From: Alphaproteobacteria bacterium
Lineage (GTDB): Bacteria; Pseudomonadota; Alphaproteobacteria; UBA6615
Reading direction: 5' to 3'
Assembly (NCBI GenBank): GCA_965261975.1
Contig: CBDHEC010000056.1
Span: 32,001-96,000, forward strand
Length of the DNA: 64,000 nucleotides
Position numbers and translations under genes: made by a program. This document shows, piece after piece, positions 28,597 to 39,085 of this stretch (the stretch's first letter is position 1; every line of letters starts with the position of its first letter). Below the pieces are notes generated by a model. That model saw only the letters and a program-made list of their open reading frames with translations, searched no databases and was not told where the DNA came from.

Positions 28597-29736
28597 CTAG
28601 AAGGTGAACTGGTTGCTGATGATGAAGGCCGTACCGTCGTTGTTCACTTCGACGGCTGTGGCGTTGATGTTGTCGGCCTCGGCGACATGCAGGGATGCCA
28701 TCAGCTCCCAACCCGGCGCCACTTCATAGGAGCCGTCGAGGGAGATGATGTTGATGTCGGTGTCGCCGCCGCTGCCTATCGGGTTTGACACGGAACTCTC
28801 GAACCAGCCGAGGCTGACGCCCCAGGGGCCAGTTCTGTATGACGCACCGAGCTGATAGTAGGAGCCCGCGTCACCGCCGGCTGCGATCGTCGCCGTCGTA
28901 ACACCCTTGTCCGAGAAGTCGACATACTCGGCGCCGAGGCCGATGCCGCCGAACGTGATGTTCGCGCCGACGCCGACAGTCTCGAGTTCGCCTTCTGCGT
29001 CGGCACCCGCCGCGGTCTCACTGTCGCCGAACTCACCGCTCAGGCTGACCGCGAACGAAACATTGTCGAAGTTGCCTTCATAGTTGATGGCGGCGGCGAA
29101 GGTGTTCTCGAAGTCGCCGTCTGCATCGGAGTCAGACGTGGCCGGTCCGCCCGAGACCTCGCCCGTGTCCGGGGTCAGCGACGCGCCGACCTGGAAGCCG
29201 GCCATGCGCGGGGAGAAGTAGGTGATTTTGGTCGCATCGCCGGTGTCGGAGATGCCCGGGGCGGAGATGCCACTGCCCGTGCCGAAGCCGATGTAGTCGG
29301 AGGCATCGCCATCCGCACCGGCGCGGCCCACGAGGATCCCGTGAGCGGCAACGTGCATGCGGTCGGTGGCGTCGTCCTGGTCACCCAGTTCGACCCGACC
29401 CCAGTTGTCGCTGTCGACGAAGGCCCAGGCCTCGTCGGTGTTGGTCGTATCGGCGCCGCCGGCGTTAAACTCGATGTTGACGCCGTATTTGAGGCCGTTG
29501 TCCGCGGTCGCCTCGGCGCTGATATTGATCTCGGATTCGTCGACCGAGAAGGTGTAGCCGCGACCCACCGTGTCCGTGACGTCCTGGTCGATCAAGGCGA
29601 CGTTGAAGCGGAACTCACCGCCCAGGGTCAGGCTCAGGGCGTCTCTCGACCCGACCTGGCCGGCAATCGCCGGGGTCGTGAGCATGGCGGCGCCGACGAG
29701 CGCACTGGTGCCCAGCAAAATTCTCTTCGTATTCAT
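28597..29736 (-). CDS. Outer-membrane porin, copy 1
   Basis: Signal peptide; DNGLKYG; WGRVELGD; KITYFSPR; C-terminal Phe. Confidence 0.9.
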   Translation of the reverse strand: MNTKRILLGTSALVGAAMLTTPAIAGQVGSRDALSLTLGGEFRFNVALIDQDVTDTVGRGYTFSVDESEINISAEATADNGLKYGVNIEFNAGGADTTNTDEAWAFVDSDNWGRVELGDQDDATDRMHVAAHGILVGRAGADGDASDYIGFGTGSGISAPGISDTGDATKITYFSPRMAGFQVGASLTPDTGEVSGGPATSDSDADGDFENTFAAAINYEGNFDNVSFAVSLSGEFGDSETAAGADAEGELETVGVGANITFGGIGLGAEYVDFSDKGVTTATIAAGGDAGSYYQLGASYRTGPWGVSLGWFESSVSNPIGSGGDTDINIISLDGSYEVAPGWELMASLHVAEADNINATAVEVNNDGTAFIISNQFTF

Positions 29737-30061
29737 GGGAATCAATCTCCAACAAGTGGATCTCGCACATCATGCGCAAGATAGTGACGTTATAACATTA
29801 CTTTTTTCAGACACAACATCCGTATTTGCCGGACCAGACCGGGCCCGAATTCTCTGCGCTGCGTCCTCCACTTTGCTGGGATTTTGCTTATTTGTTTTTT
29901 GCCGTGGAACGCCGGTCATCCTATTCGGATGCACTCACACTGCAATCCCGAATGCCGATTCGGGACCGTTATTCCTTGCCGGTGTTGCCAAAAAACATCA
30001 ATTAAATGAATAGGTTGCACGATATTTGGGCATCCGTGCCCAAACAGTATGCAGATCGGCC

Positions 30062-30093
30062 AAAAAAACGCGGCACCCAAAAGGGGCGCCGCG
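30062..30093 (-). terminator. Rho-independent terminator for porin 2
   Basis: Minus strand reads CGCGGCGCCCC-TTTT-GGGTGCCGCG followed by a T-run. Confidence 0.7.
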
Positions 30094-30136
30094 CGGGGGG
30101 TTGATTGTGCGGGCCCCGGGGGGGGCGCAGGGGGGA

Positions 30137-31270
30137 TTAAAACTTGAACTGGTTGCTGACGATGAAGGCCGTGCCATCGTTGTTTACTTCGGCGGCCGTC
30201 GAGTTCATGTTGTCCACTTCACCGAGATGCAGGGACGCCATCAACTCCCAGCCCGGCGCCACGTTGTAGGCACCATCGAGCGAGATGATGGTGACATCGG
30301 TATCGCCACCGCTGCCCGTCGCGTTGGAGACGGAGCTTTCAAACCAGCCGAGGCTGACGCCCCAGGGGCCAGTCTGGTACGACGCGCCGAGCTGATAGTA
30401 GTTGCCCGCGTCCCGACCGGCAGTGCGGGCTGCCGCAGCGATACCCTTTTCGGCGAAGTCGACATATTCCGCCCCGAGCCCGATGCCGGCGAAGGTGACA
30501 TTGATACCCACGCCGATGGTCTCGATCTCGCCTTCGGTGTCGGCACCGGTCGCAGTTTCGCTGTCGCCGAACTCGCCGATGAGGCCCGCCTCGATCCCGA
30601 CATCGTCGAACTTGCCCTTGTAGTTGATGGCCAGGCCAAAGACATTTTCGAAATCGCCGTCATTGTCGGCATCGGACGTGGCCGGTCCGCCCGAGACCTC
30701 GCCCGAGTCCGGGGTCAGCGAACCACCGATCTGGATCCCGCCAAAGCGGGGCGAGAAATAGCTAACTTTCGTGTCGTCACTGGTAGAATCGACACCCGGT
30801 GCATCGATGGCCGTACCGCCGAAAGCAATGTAGTCGGCCGAGTCACCGTCGGCACCGGCCCGGCCCACGAGGATATTGTGCGCAGCGACATGCATGCGAT
30901 CGGTCGTATCGTCCTGGTCGCCCATTTCGACGCGACCCCAGGAATCACTGTCGATGAAGGCATATGCCTCGTCGGCATTGGCCGTATCGCCGGCGCCGGC
31001 GTTCAATTCGATATTGACGCCGTAATTGAGGCCGTTGTCCGCGGTCGCCTTGGCACCGATCTTGATCTCGGATTCATCCACCGAGAAGGTGTAGCCGCGC
31101 CCGGCGGCCGCCGATACGTCCTGGTCGATGAAGGCGACGTTGAACCGGAGTTCGCCGCCAAGGGTCACGCTCATCATGTCCTTGGAGCCGACCTGGCCCG
31201 CGCTTGCCGGCAGCGCCAGCGCGGCGATACCTGCGAGGGCCGAGCCCCCAAGTAGAACTTTCTTGAACAT
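30137..31270 (-). CDS. Outer-membrane porin, copy 2
   Basis: Same architecture as copy 1 with many identical peptides; C-terminal Phe. Confidence 0.9.
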   Translation of the reverse strand: MFKKVLLGGSALAGIAALALPASAGQVGSKDMMSVTLGGELRFNVAFIDQDVSAAAGRGYTFSVDESEIKIGAKATADNGLNYGVNIELNAGAGDTANADEAYAFIDSDSWGRVEMGDQDDTTDRMHVAAHNILVGRAGADGDSADYIAFGGTAIDAPGVDSTSDDTKVSYFSPRFGGIQIGGSLTPDSGEVSGGPATSDADNDGDFENVFGLAINYKGKFDDVGIEAGLIGEFGDSETATGADTEGEIETIGVGINVTFAGIGLGAEYVDFAEKGIAAAARTAGRDAGNYYQLGASYQTGPWGVSLGWFESSVSNATGSGGDTDVTIISLDGAYNVAPGWELMASLHLGEVDNMNSTAAEVNNDGTAFIVSNQFKF

Positions 31271-31568
31271 CGCTCAAATACCTCCGAAGCGGTGCTGGTT
31301 GAAAAAATATGGCCGGGTTCGGCCTCGTTGTGTGTCTTCGCAGATGTTCTAGAGCGCACGTGTTACAGCGCAGTGTCAGCGATGGATGAATCAGATGCTT
31401 TTGTCGGTTTTCGTCACACTGTTGCACTTTAGTCACTTGGTGCAATGATGCCTTAATCGGCGACAACATTCTCATGGTTGCCGATCGGTTGTGGCGACCC
31501 CAGTTGCTCTGCTATACGCCGCTCGCGGACGGGCGTACCCGTCGAACAAATTCTATTGGAGAGAAAGC

Positions 31569-32996
31569 ATGGCTTCCGCTGCCGATACACCCGCCGGCGA
31601 CGGCGATTACATTGTCGCCGATATTTCACTGGCCGATTGGGGCCGAAAAGAGCTCGATCTTGCCGAGGTGGAGATGCCGGGCCTGATGGCGCTGCGCGAG
31701 GAGTATGGCGAATCCAAGCCGCTCGCAGGTGCGCGGATCGCCGGCTCGTTGCACATGACCATCCAGACGGCCGTGCTGATCGAGACGCTGCAGGCGCTCG
31801 GCGCCGATGTCCGCTGGGCGTCGTGCAATATCTACTCCACGCAAGACCATGCCGCCGCCGCGATTGCCGCGACCGGTACGCCCGTCTTTGCGACCAAGGG
31901 CGAGACGCTCGAGGAATATTGGGACTACGCCCACCGAATCTTCGACTGGTCCGACGGCGGCGTTCCCAACATGATCCTGGACGATGGTGGCGATGCGACA
32001 TTGCTGATCCATCTGGGCAAGCAGGCCGAGACAGATCCGTCGGTGCTCGACAATCCGGAGAATGAGGAAGAAGAGGCAGCCTATGCCTCGATCAAGCAAC
32101 GCCTCGCGGAACAGCCCGGCTGGTACTCGAAAGTTGCAGAGAGCCTCAAGGGTGTGACCGAGGAAACGACCACCGGCGTGCATCGCCTCTATGACATGGC
32201 GAAAGCGGGCACGCTTCTGTTCCCGGCGATCAACGTCAATGATTCGGTGACCAAGTCGAAATTCGACAATCTCTATGGCTGCCGCGAGAGCCTGGTCGAC
32301 GGCATTCGCCGCGGCACCGATGTGATGATGTCGGGCAAGGTCGCCGTCGTCGCCGGGTATGGCGAAGTGGGCAAGGGGTCTGCCGAATCCCTGCGCAACG
32401 CCGGCTGCCGCGTGTTGGTCACCGAGATCGACCCCATCTGCGCCCTGCAGGCCGCGATGGAAGGTTACGAAGTCGTCACGATGGAAGAGGGTGCGGCTGT
32501 CGGCGACATCTTCTGCACCGCGACGGGCAATGTGGACGTCATCACCGTCGATCATATGCGGGCGATGAAGGACCGGGCGATCGTGTGCAACATCGGCCAT
32601 TTCGATTCCGAGATTCAGGTCGGTGGCCTGCGCAATTTCAAATGGCAGAACATCAAGCCCCAGGTGGACGAGATCGAGTTCCCCGATGGTAAGAAAATGA
32701 TCCTGCTGTCGGAGGGCCGCCTGGTAAATCTCGGAAATGCCACGGGCCATCCGAGCTTTGTGATGAGCATGTCCTTTACCAACCAGGTGCTGGCGCAGAT
32801 CGAACTGTGGAGCAACAACGGCGACGGCAAGTACGGCAAGGATGTTTATGTCCTGCCCAAGCATCTCGATGAGAAGGTCGCCACCCTGCATCTGGGCAAG
32901 GTCGGGGCCAATCTGACCGCACTCACGGACAAGCAATCCGAGTATCTGGGAATTCCGGTCGCCGGCCCCTACAAGCCCGAGGCCTATCGCTACTAG
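31569..32996 (+). CDS. ahcY: S-adenosyl-L-homocysteine hydrolase
   Basis: [10 protein letters not shown]; SCNIYSTQD; EETTTGV; [10 protein letters not shown]; GHPSFVMS. Confidence 0.98.
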   Translation: MASAADTPAGDGDYIVADISLADWGRKELDLAEVEMPGLMALREEYGESKPLAGARIAGSLHMTIQTAVLIETLQALGADVRWASCNIYSTQDHAAAAIAATGTPVFATKGETLEEYWDYAHRIFDWSDGGVPNMILDDGGDATLLIHLGKQAETDPSVLDNPENEEEEAAYASIKQRLAEQPGWYSKVAESLKGVTEETTTGVHRLYDMAKAGTLLFPAINVNDSVTKSKFDNLYGCRESLVDGIRRGTDVMMSGKVAVVAGYGEVGKGSAESLRNAGCRVLVTEIDPICALQAAMEGYEVVTMEEGAAVGDIFCTATGNVDVITVDHMRAMKDRAIVCNIGHFDSEIQVGGLRNFKWQNIKPQVDEIEFPDGKKMILLSEGRLVNLGNATGHPSFVMSMSFTNQVLAQIELWSNNGDGKYGKDVYVLPKHLDEKVATLHLGKVGANLTALTDKQSEYLGIPVAGPYKPEAYRY

Positions 32997-33144
32997 GGGT
33001 CAGGTTCGACCGGACGCTGGCAGGGGCAGCAAGGAAGCGGTTCAAACCGGGCCGACAAGTCACTAGACTCGGATCGTTCCGCCCGATTCGAGGCGGCCTG
33101 CCGCCTTTGTGGTCGGCTGGTATGACTGTGCGAGACTGCAGCGC

Positions 33145-35496
33145 GTGTCGACACAAATACTGATCTTGATGATTGCCGCGGTTGCGGGCGCGTCCGCCAT
33201 CGTCGGCTATGCGCTCGGCCGGTTTTTCGGCGGCCGCAGATTGCGCGATACCGAGGCATTGGGCGCGCGTCTCGGGGCAACGCTCGCCACCGTCCCCGGC
33301 GGGTTCGTGACCTGGCTCGATGGCGGCGACCCCGCCATCTCGGATGGCCTGGCTGCGATGCTGGACGACGGCTCGGATTTCGACGCGTTTCTGGCGAAAT
33401 TCGGCGATACCGATCGCGAGCAGATCACACGCCGTGTTGAAGGGTTGCGGACACGCGGCGAGGGGTTTTCGCTGACCATGCTGACCATCGATGCCGGCCA
33501 GGCGCTGCGGATCGACGGGCGTCGCGCGCGCCATGCACCCCTCGACGTGTTGTGGGTCGCCGACGTCACCAACGAGACCGCCGTCCAGTCCGATACGGCG
33601 ATTCAGCTGACCGCGGCGCAGGTGGAGCGTGATGGCTACCGCGCGATGCTCGATGCATTGCCGTTCATGGTCTGGCGACGAAGCCGGGACCTGACCCTGG
33701 CACAGGTCAACCGGGCCTATGTCGATGCGATCAGCCCGGGTGCCCGCGAGGACGATACGCGCGCCTCGGAACTGGAGGATCTGGAAGCCAATATCGAGGC
33801 GCAGATTGCAGCCCGCGCGCAATCGACCGGGACACCGCAGTCGGAAAGTCGCCATGTGGTGATCGACGGGGCGCGCCGCCTGCTGGAATTCAACGAGGTA
33901 CCGGCTGATGATTTGGGCGTGATCGGCTACGCCGTGGATTTCACCCAGCTCGAAGAGGTACAGGAAGAATTGTCGAGCCATGTTGCCGCCCAAAGCGACG
34001 TGCTCGAGAACCTCGCCGTCGCGGTCGCGATCTACGGCTCGGACACGCGCCTCAAATTCTACAATAGCGCCTATGCCCGCCTGTGGGACGCCGATCCTGC
34101 CTGGCTCGACAGCGAACCGACCCTCGGCGATGAACTCGAGACGCTGCGTGATCGGCGCCTCGTGTCCGAGGAAGTCGATTTCGGTGCGTTCAAGCAGGAG
34201 CAGGTCGCGCTCTTCACGTCCCTGATTGCGCCGACCGAGACGCTGGTCCATCTGCCGGACGGCAAAACCCTCTTCAAACGCATCACGCCGCATCCGCTGG
34301 GTGGCCTGATGTTTACGTATGAGGATGTGACGGACCGTCTGACGATGGAGGCGCAGTACAACACGTTGATCGAGGTGCAGCGCCGGACACTCGACAATCT
34401 TTACGAAGGTGTCGCACTGGTCGGGCCCGATGGCAGGCTCAAGCTTTGCAACTCGGCCTATAGCCGCATCTGGCAATTCAGCGAGGCCGATCTCGCCGGT
34501 GAGCCGCAAATCTCCGTCCTGGTGGAGAAGGCTCGGCACTATTACGAAGTGGATGACGAGGCGACCTGGGACGAGTTGCGGAAGAAGGTCATCAGTCGCC
34601 TGATGTCCCGCGAACCCGTTTCGGGAAATCTTGACCGCGCCGACGGGACAGTCATCCAGTATACCGGCGTGCCGTTACCGGACGGCATGATGCTGATGAC
34701 CTATATCGACGTGTCGGATTCAAACCGGGTCGAGCGGGCATTGCGGGAACGCAACGAAGCGCTCGAGGAAGCCGACCGGCTGAAGTCGGAATTTGTGGCG
34801 AATGTGTCCTACGAGCTGCGCACCCCGCTGAATACGATTATCGGGTTTGCCGAGGTTCTGGACGGGGACATGTTCGGACCCCTGAACGAGCGCCAGGGCG
34901 AGTATATGGGTGGCATTCTCGAGGCGAGTGAAGCCTTGCTCGAGCTGATCAACGATATCCTCGATCTGGCGACCATCGAAGCCGGGTACATGACCCTCGA
35001 CCGGGGCCAGTTCGATATTCATACGATGATCGCCGGCGTGTTCACGCTCAACCGCGAGCGTGCCCGGGTGAAGGAACAGAAACTGGTTCTCGATTGTGCG
35101 CCGGATATCGGGTCGATGTATGCCGACGAGCGCCGCCTGAAACAGGTGCTGTTCAACCTGGTCAGCAACGCCATCAAGTTCACGCCCGAACGCGGTGTGA
35201 TCACTCTGTCTTCGAAAGTGAATGGCGATGATGTGGAGTTCCGTGTTGCCGATACCGGTGTGGGTATTCATGCCGATGAACGCGAGCGGGTGCTGGAGAA
35301 ATTCGAGCGGGGCAACCGGCCGCGTGGCCGGCAATCGGGTGTTGGTGCCGGCCTCGGGCTGAGCCTCGTGAAGAGCTTCGTTGAATTGCATGGCGGCGAT
35401 GTTGAGATCGAATCCGAGCCCGATAAGGGCACGGCCATTGTCTGCCGCTTGCCCCGCCGCGCGGTTGCCGCACAAACCGAGGAAGACGCGGTATGA
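33145..35496 (+). CDS. divL: DivL pseudo-histidine kinase with multiple PAS domains
   Basis: H-box carries Tyr in place of His (FVANVSYELRTPLNTIIGF); N-terminal transmembrane helix; position upstream of tsaE-addBA. Confidence 0.85.
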   Translation: MSTQILILMIAAVAGASAIVGYALGRFFGGRRLRDTEALGARLGATLATVPGGFVTWLDGGDPAISDGLAAMLDDGSDFDAFLAKFGDTDREQITRRVEGLRTRGEGFSLTMLTIDAGQALRIDGRRARHAPLDVLWVADVTNETAVQSDTAIQLTAAQVERDGYRAMLDALPFMVWRRSRDLTLAQVNRAYVDAISPGAREDDTRASELEDLEANIEAQIAARAQSTGTPQSESRHVVIDGARRLLEFNEVPADDLGVIGYAVDFTQLEEVQEELSSHVAAQSDVLENLAVAVAIYGSDTRLKFYNSAYARLWDADPAWLDSEPTLGDELETLRDRRLVSEEVDFGAFKQEQVALFTSLIAPTETLVHLPDGKTLFKRITPHPLGGLMFTYEDVTDRLTMEAQYNTLIEVQRRTLDNLYEGVALVGPDGRLKLCNSAYSRIWQFSEADLAGEPQISVLVEKARHYYEVDDEATWDELRKKVISRLMSREPVSGNLDRADGTVIQYTGVPLPDGMMLMTYIDVSDSNRVERALRERNEALEEADRLKSEFVANVSYELRTPLNTIIGFAEVLDGDMFGPLNERQGEYMGGILEASEALLELINDILDLATIEAGYMTLDRGQFDIHTMIAGVFTLNRERARVKEQKLVLDCAPDIGSMYADERRLKQVLFNLVSNAIKFTPERGVITLSSKVNGDDVEFRVADTGVGIHADERERVLEKFERGNRPRGRQSGVGAGLGLSLVKSFVELHGGDVEIESEPDKGTAIVCRLPRRAVAAQTEEDAV

Positions 35497-36002
35497 CCGC
35501 GCGGGGATCGGCGGTTGAGCCGAACCGGACGTCCGCGGCGCGATATACGAGGCGCATCGATCTGCCGGACGCCGGTGCGACTGCAGCATTGGGGGTGGCG
35601 CTCGCGCCCTATCTGCGACCGGGCGATCTGTTGGCGTTGGCCGGCGATCTCGGCGCCGGCAAGACCACGCTGGCGCGGGGCGTGATCGGCGCGATGGGGC
35701 ATCGTGGAACGGTGCCGAGCCCGACCTTCACGCTCGTGCAGCACTACGAAACCGACCCGGTGCCGGTCTGGCACTTTGACCTGTACCGCATCGGCCACCC
35801 CGATGAGGTGATCGAGCTCGGCTATGATGAAGCCAGGGCAGATGGGGTCGTCCTGCTGGAATGGGCGGAACGCCTGGGGACGGAACTGCCGGCGACGCGG
35901 CTGGATATCGATCTCGAATATGTGGAGTCGGGCAGATCGCGGGTGGCCCACCTGTCGGGCCTGCAGGTATGGGCGGACCGGCTGCAAGATCTGAAACCAT
36001 GA
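35493..36002 (+). CDS. tsaE: tRNA t6A biosynthesis ATPase TsaE
   Basis: GDLGAGKTT; VPSPTFTLVQ; HFDLYR; LEW. Confidence 0.95.
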   Translation: MTARGSAVEPNRTSAARYTRRIDLPDAGATAALGVALAPYLRPGDLLALAGDLGAGKTTLARGVIGAMGHRGTVPSPTFTLVQHYETDPVPVWHFDLYRIGHPDEVIELGYDEARADGVVLLEWAERLGTELPATRLDIDLEYVESGRSRVAHLSGLQVWADRLQDLKP

Positions 36003-39000
36003 CCTCATCCGCGCGCGAATCCGGTGCGCTCCCCGCGCCGGGCCTCTATTCGATCGCGGCACACCGTCCGTTCCTTTCGGAACTGGCAATCGGAATTCTT
36101 TCCGCCTCCAGTGGCGATGAAGACCCCCTGGCGCTTGCGCGGACAACGGTGTTGCTGCCGACCCGACGCGCGTGCCGCGCGATGCAGGATGTGTTTCTCC
36201 GGCTGACCGATGGCGCCCCGCTGGTCCTGCCGCGGTTGATTCCGATCGGCGATATCGATGAAGACGAGATGCTGCTGACCGGTGAGCCGGCCGCGTTGCT
36301 GGGGGTCGGTGGCGAGGTGCCGCCGGCGGTGCCGGAACTGCGCCGGCGCGTGTTGCTGGCGCGGCTGCTGATGGCGCGCCCGATTGGGCGCACGCAAAAC
36401 CTGCCGGTCGATCATGCGATGGAACTGGCGGGTGAACTTGGACGCCTGCTGGACCAGGTTCAGACCGAGCGGCTCGATTTCGGCGCCCTGGAGAATCTGG
36501 TGCCCGATGCCTATGCCGCGCATTGGCAGGAAACCCTTGGCTTTTTGAAGATTCTGACCGAGACATGGCCGGCCGTGCTGGACGGCGAGGGGGCGATCGA
36601 CCCGGCGGAGCGGCGTAACCGCCTGCTGCAGGCACGTGGCGAGGCGTGGCGCCGGGACCCGCCGCGCGATCCGGTGATCGCCGCCGGCAGCACGGGCAGC
36701 ATCCCCGCGACCGCGGATCTGCTGGCGACGGTCGCGGGGTTGCCGTCTGGTTATGTCGTGCTGCCCGGGCTCGACCGCGTTCTCGATGCGGACTCTTGGG
36801 CCAATCTCGATTCCGGCCACCCGCAATTCGGCCTGCGGCAATTGCTGCAGCGTCTGGAGATGGATCGCATGGCTGTCGGCGAGTGGCCGGCTGCCACGGA
36901 TGTGCGCGGCAACGGGCCCGCGCGCGAACGGCTTATCGGCGAGGCGCTGCGTCCCGCGGCCACGACCCAGGCATGGCGCGAAGAGCGCGGCAATATCGGT
37001 GCGGATGCCTTGCAGGGGGTCGTGCAGATCGAGGCGCAGGAGCCGCATGAAGAAGCCGGTCTCATCGCACTGGTATTGCGCGAGGTGTTGGAGCATGACG
37101 GCCGTACGGCGGCGTTGATCACGCCGGACCGGGATCTCGCGCGGCGGGTGGCATCGATCATGGGTCGCTGGAGTGTCGATATTGATGACAGCGCGGGCAC
37201 GCCGCTGGCCGAGACGCCGCCGGGGATTTTCCTCCGGCTTGCGATCCGGGCGTTGCATGATGGCGTGGCGCCGATCCCGCTTCTGTCGATTCTCAAACAC
37301 CCGCTCGCGGCCGGTGGCCGCGCCCCGGCATCGTTCCGGGCCTCGGCCCGGGGGCTGGAACGGCTGGTCTTGCGCGGCCCGCGCCCGGCAAGCGGCTTTG
37401 CGGGGTTGCGCGCCGCGGCGCAAGCGCGCCACGAACAGGCTCTCGACCGCGCGGCGGAAGGCTTGTCGGGGCGCGACAATGCCGAAGCGCAAGATTATGG
37501 CGATGTGCTGTCCCTGATCGACCGGATTGCCGAGTTCGGGGCACCGATTACAGAGTTGCAGCAGAACTCGACGGTGATGTTGCCGGACTATGTGAGAGCC
37601 CATATCGCGTTCTGCGAGGCACTGGCCGCGAGCGACGAGATGCCCGGGGCGGCGCGCCTGTGGGCCGGTGATGCCGGGGAAGCCCTCGCGACATTCGTTT
37701 CGGAATTACTGGAGGCGGGCGACAGCCTTGGGCCGGTGCCGCCGGCACGATATCCCGCGCTGCTCGATTCACTTCTGGCCGGGCGTATGGTGCGGCCACG
37801 CTATGGGGCGCATCCGCGCCTGGCGATACTCGGCCCCCTGGAGGCGCGGCTTCAGCATTTCGATGTGACCATCCTGGGCAGCCTGAATGAGGGCAGCTGG
37901 CCGCCCGATCCGTCTGTCGATCCCTGGATGGGTCGCACGATGCGGGCGGATTTCGGGTTGCCGTCGCCCGAACGACGGATCGGGCTGAGCGCGCATGATT
38001 TTGCCCAGGCGTTCTGCGCGGGAGAAGTTGTCCTGACCCGCTCGGTGCGCGTGGACGGCGCGCCGAGCATGCCATCGCGCTGGTTGACCCGGCTCGGCGT
38101 GGCGACGCGGGCCCTGGACCTGCAGCCCGACCCCGACGCCGAGACCCGCGCGCGTGCCTACCGCGACTGGTGGCAGGAACTCGATGGACCGGGCGATGAA
38201 TCCGAGCCGGAATCAAGGCCCACGGTCCGCCCGCGCCCGTCGCCGCCCGTGGCCGCGCGCCCGCGCCGATTGTCCGTGACGCAGATCGAGACCTGGATGC
38301 GCGACCCGTATGCCATCTACGCGCGTGAGATTCTCAAGCTTCGCGCGTTGCCGCCGCTCGATCAGAATGCCGACGCGGCGATCTATGGCTCCCTGATTCA
38401 CGACATCCTGGATGGGTTCCTGGCTGAGTTACCGCCGGGCCCGTTGCCGGCCGATGCGGGCACCCGGTTGCACGCGCATGGTGCGTCGGCCCTCGCGCCC
38501 TATCGCAGTGTCCCGGCGGTCTGGACATTCTGGTGGCCGCGATTCCAGCGTATTGCCGACTGGGTACTGTCGGTCGAGGCCGGGCGCCGGGCGCGCCTCG
38601 AGGCGACCCATATGGAGGTCGCAGGTGCCATAGAATTTGACGCGCCGGGCGGCCGGTTCCGGTTGACGGCGCGCGCCGATCGCATCGACGAGCTGGTCGG
38701 CGGCGTGATCGCCGTGATCGATTTCAAGACCGGGGCGCCGCCGACCAAACGCGAGGTGCAGGCGGGATTCGCGCCGCAATTGCCTCTGGAGGCGGCAATG
38801 GTCGCCGAGGGTGGTTTCGCGGGTGTTCCGGCCAAACCGGTCGAGGAGCTGGCCTTCTGGCGCCTGTCGGGCGGGCGCGATCCGGGGCAGGTGCGCGATG
38901 CGGCCGATGACCCGGCGCAGGTCGCTGCCGAGGCCCTGGTCGGTGTAAAGGCGCTGGTGGCGCGGTTTGACGACCCGGCCACGGCCTATGAGGCGCGGCC

Positions 39001-39085
39001 GCGCCCCGATCACGCGCCCGCGTATTCCGACTATGAGCATCTGGCGCGGGTCAAGGAGTGGGCGAGCGGGGAGGGAGACATATGA
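35999..39085 (+). CDS. addB: Double-strand break repair protein AddB
   Basis: LLPTRRA; AGSTGSIPATA; LSVTQIE..MRDPY; RADRID…IDFKTG nuclease; ATGA overlap with tsaE. Confidence 0.95.
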   Translation: MTSSARESGALPAPGLYSIAAHRPFLSELAIGILSASSGDEDPLALARTTVLLPTRRACRAMQDVFLRLTDGAPLVLPRLIPIGDIDEDEMLLTGEPAALLGVGGEVPPAVPELRRRVLLARLLMARPIGRTQNLPVDHAMELAGELGRLLDQVQTERLDFGALENLVPDAYAAHWQETLGFLKILTETWPAVLDGEGAIDPAERRNRLLQARGEAWRRDPPRDPVIAAGSTGSIPATADLLATVAGLPSGYVVLPGLDRVLDADSWANLDSGHPQFGLRQLLQRLEMDRMAVGEWPAATDVRGNGPARERLIGEALRPAATTQAWREERGNIGADALQGVVQIEAQEPHEEAGLIALVLREVLEHDGRTAALITPDRDLARRVASIMGRWSVDIDDSAGTPLAETPPGIFLRLAIRALHDGVAPIPLLSILKHPLAAGGRAPASFRASARGLERLVLRGPRPASGFAGLRAAAQARHEQALDRAAEGLSGRDNAEAQDYGDVLSLIDRIAEFGAPITELQQNSTVMLPDYVRAHIAFCEALAASDEMPGAARLWAGDAGEALATFVSELLEAGDSLGPVPPARYPALLDSLLAGRMVRPRYGAHPRLAILGPLEARLQHFDVTILGSLNEGSWPPDPSVDPWMGRTMRADFGLPSPERRIGLSAHDFAQAFCAGEVVLTRSVRVDGAPSMPSRWLTRLGVATRALDLQPDPDAETRARAYRDWWQELDGPGDESEPESRPTVRPRPSPPVAARPRRLSVTQIETWMRDPYAIYAREILKLRALPPLDQNADAAIYGSLIHDILDGFLAELPPGPLPADAGTRLHAHGASALAPYRSVPAVWTFWWPRFQRIADWVLSVEAGRRARLEATHMEVAGAIEFDAPGGRFRLTARADRIDELVGGVIAVIDFKTGAPPTKREVQAGFAPQLPLEAAMVAEGGFAGVPAKPVEELAFWRLSGGRDPGQVRDAADDPAQVAAEALVGVKALVARFDDPATAYEARPRPDHAPAYSDYEHLARVKEWASGEGDI

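Noticed and set aside
31280-31568. Possible SAH or SAM riboswitch upstream of ahcY
   Set aside because: No recognisable aptamer consensus by eye; the region is explained by divergent promoters. An Rfam scan would settle it
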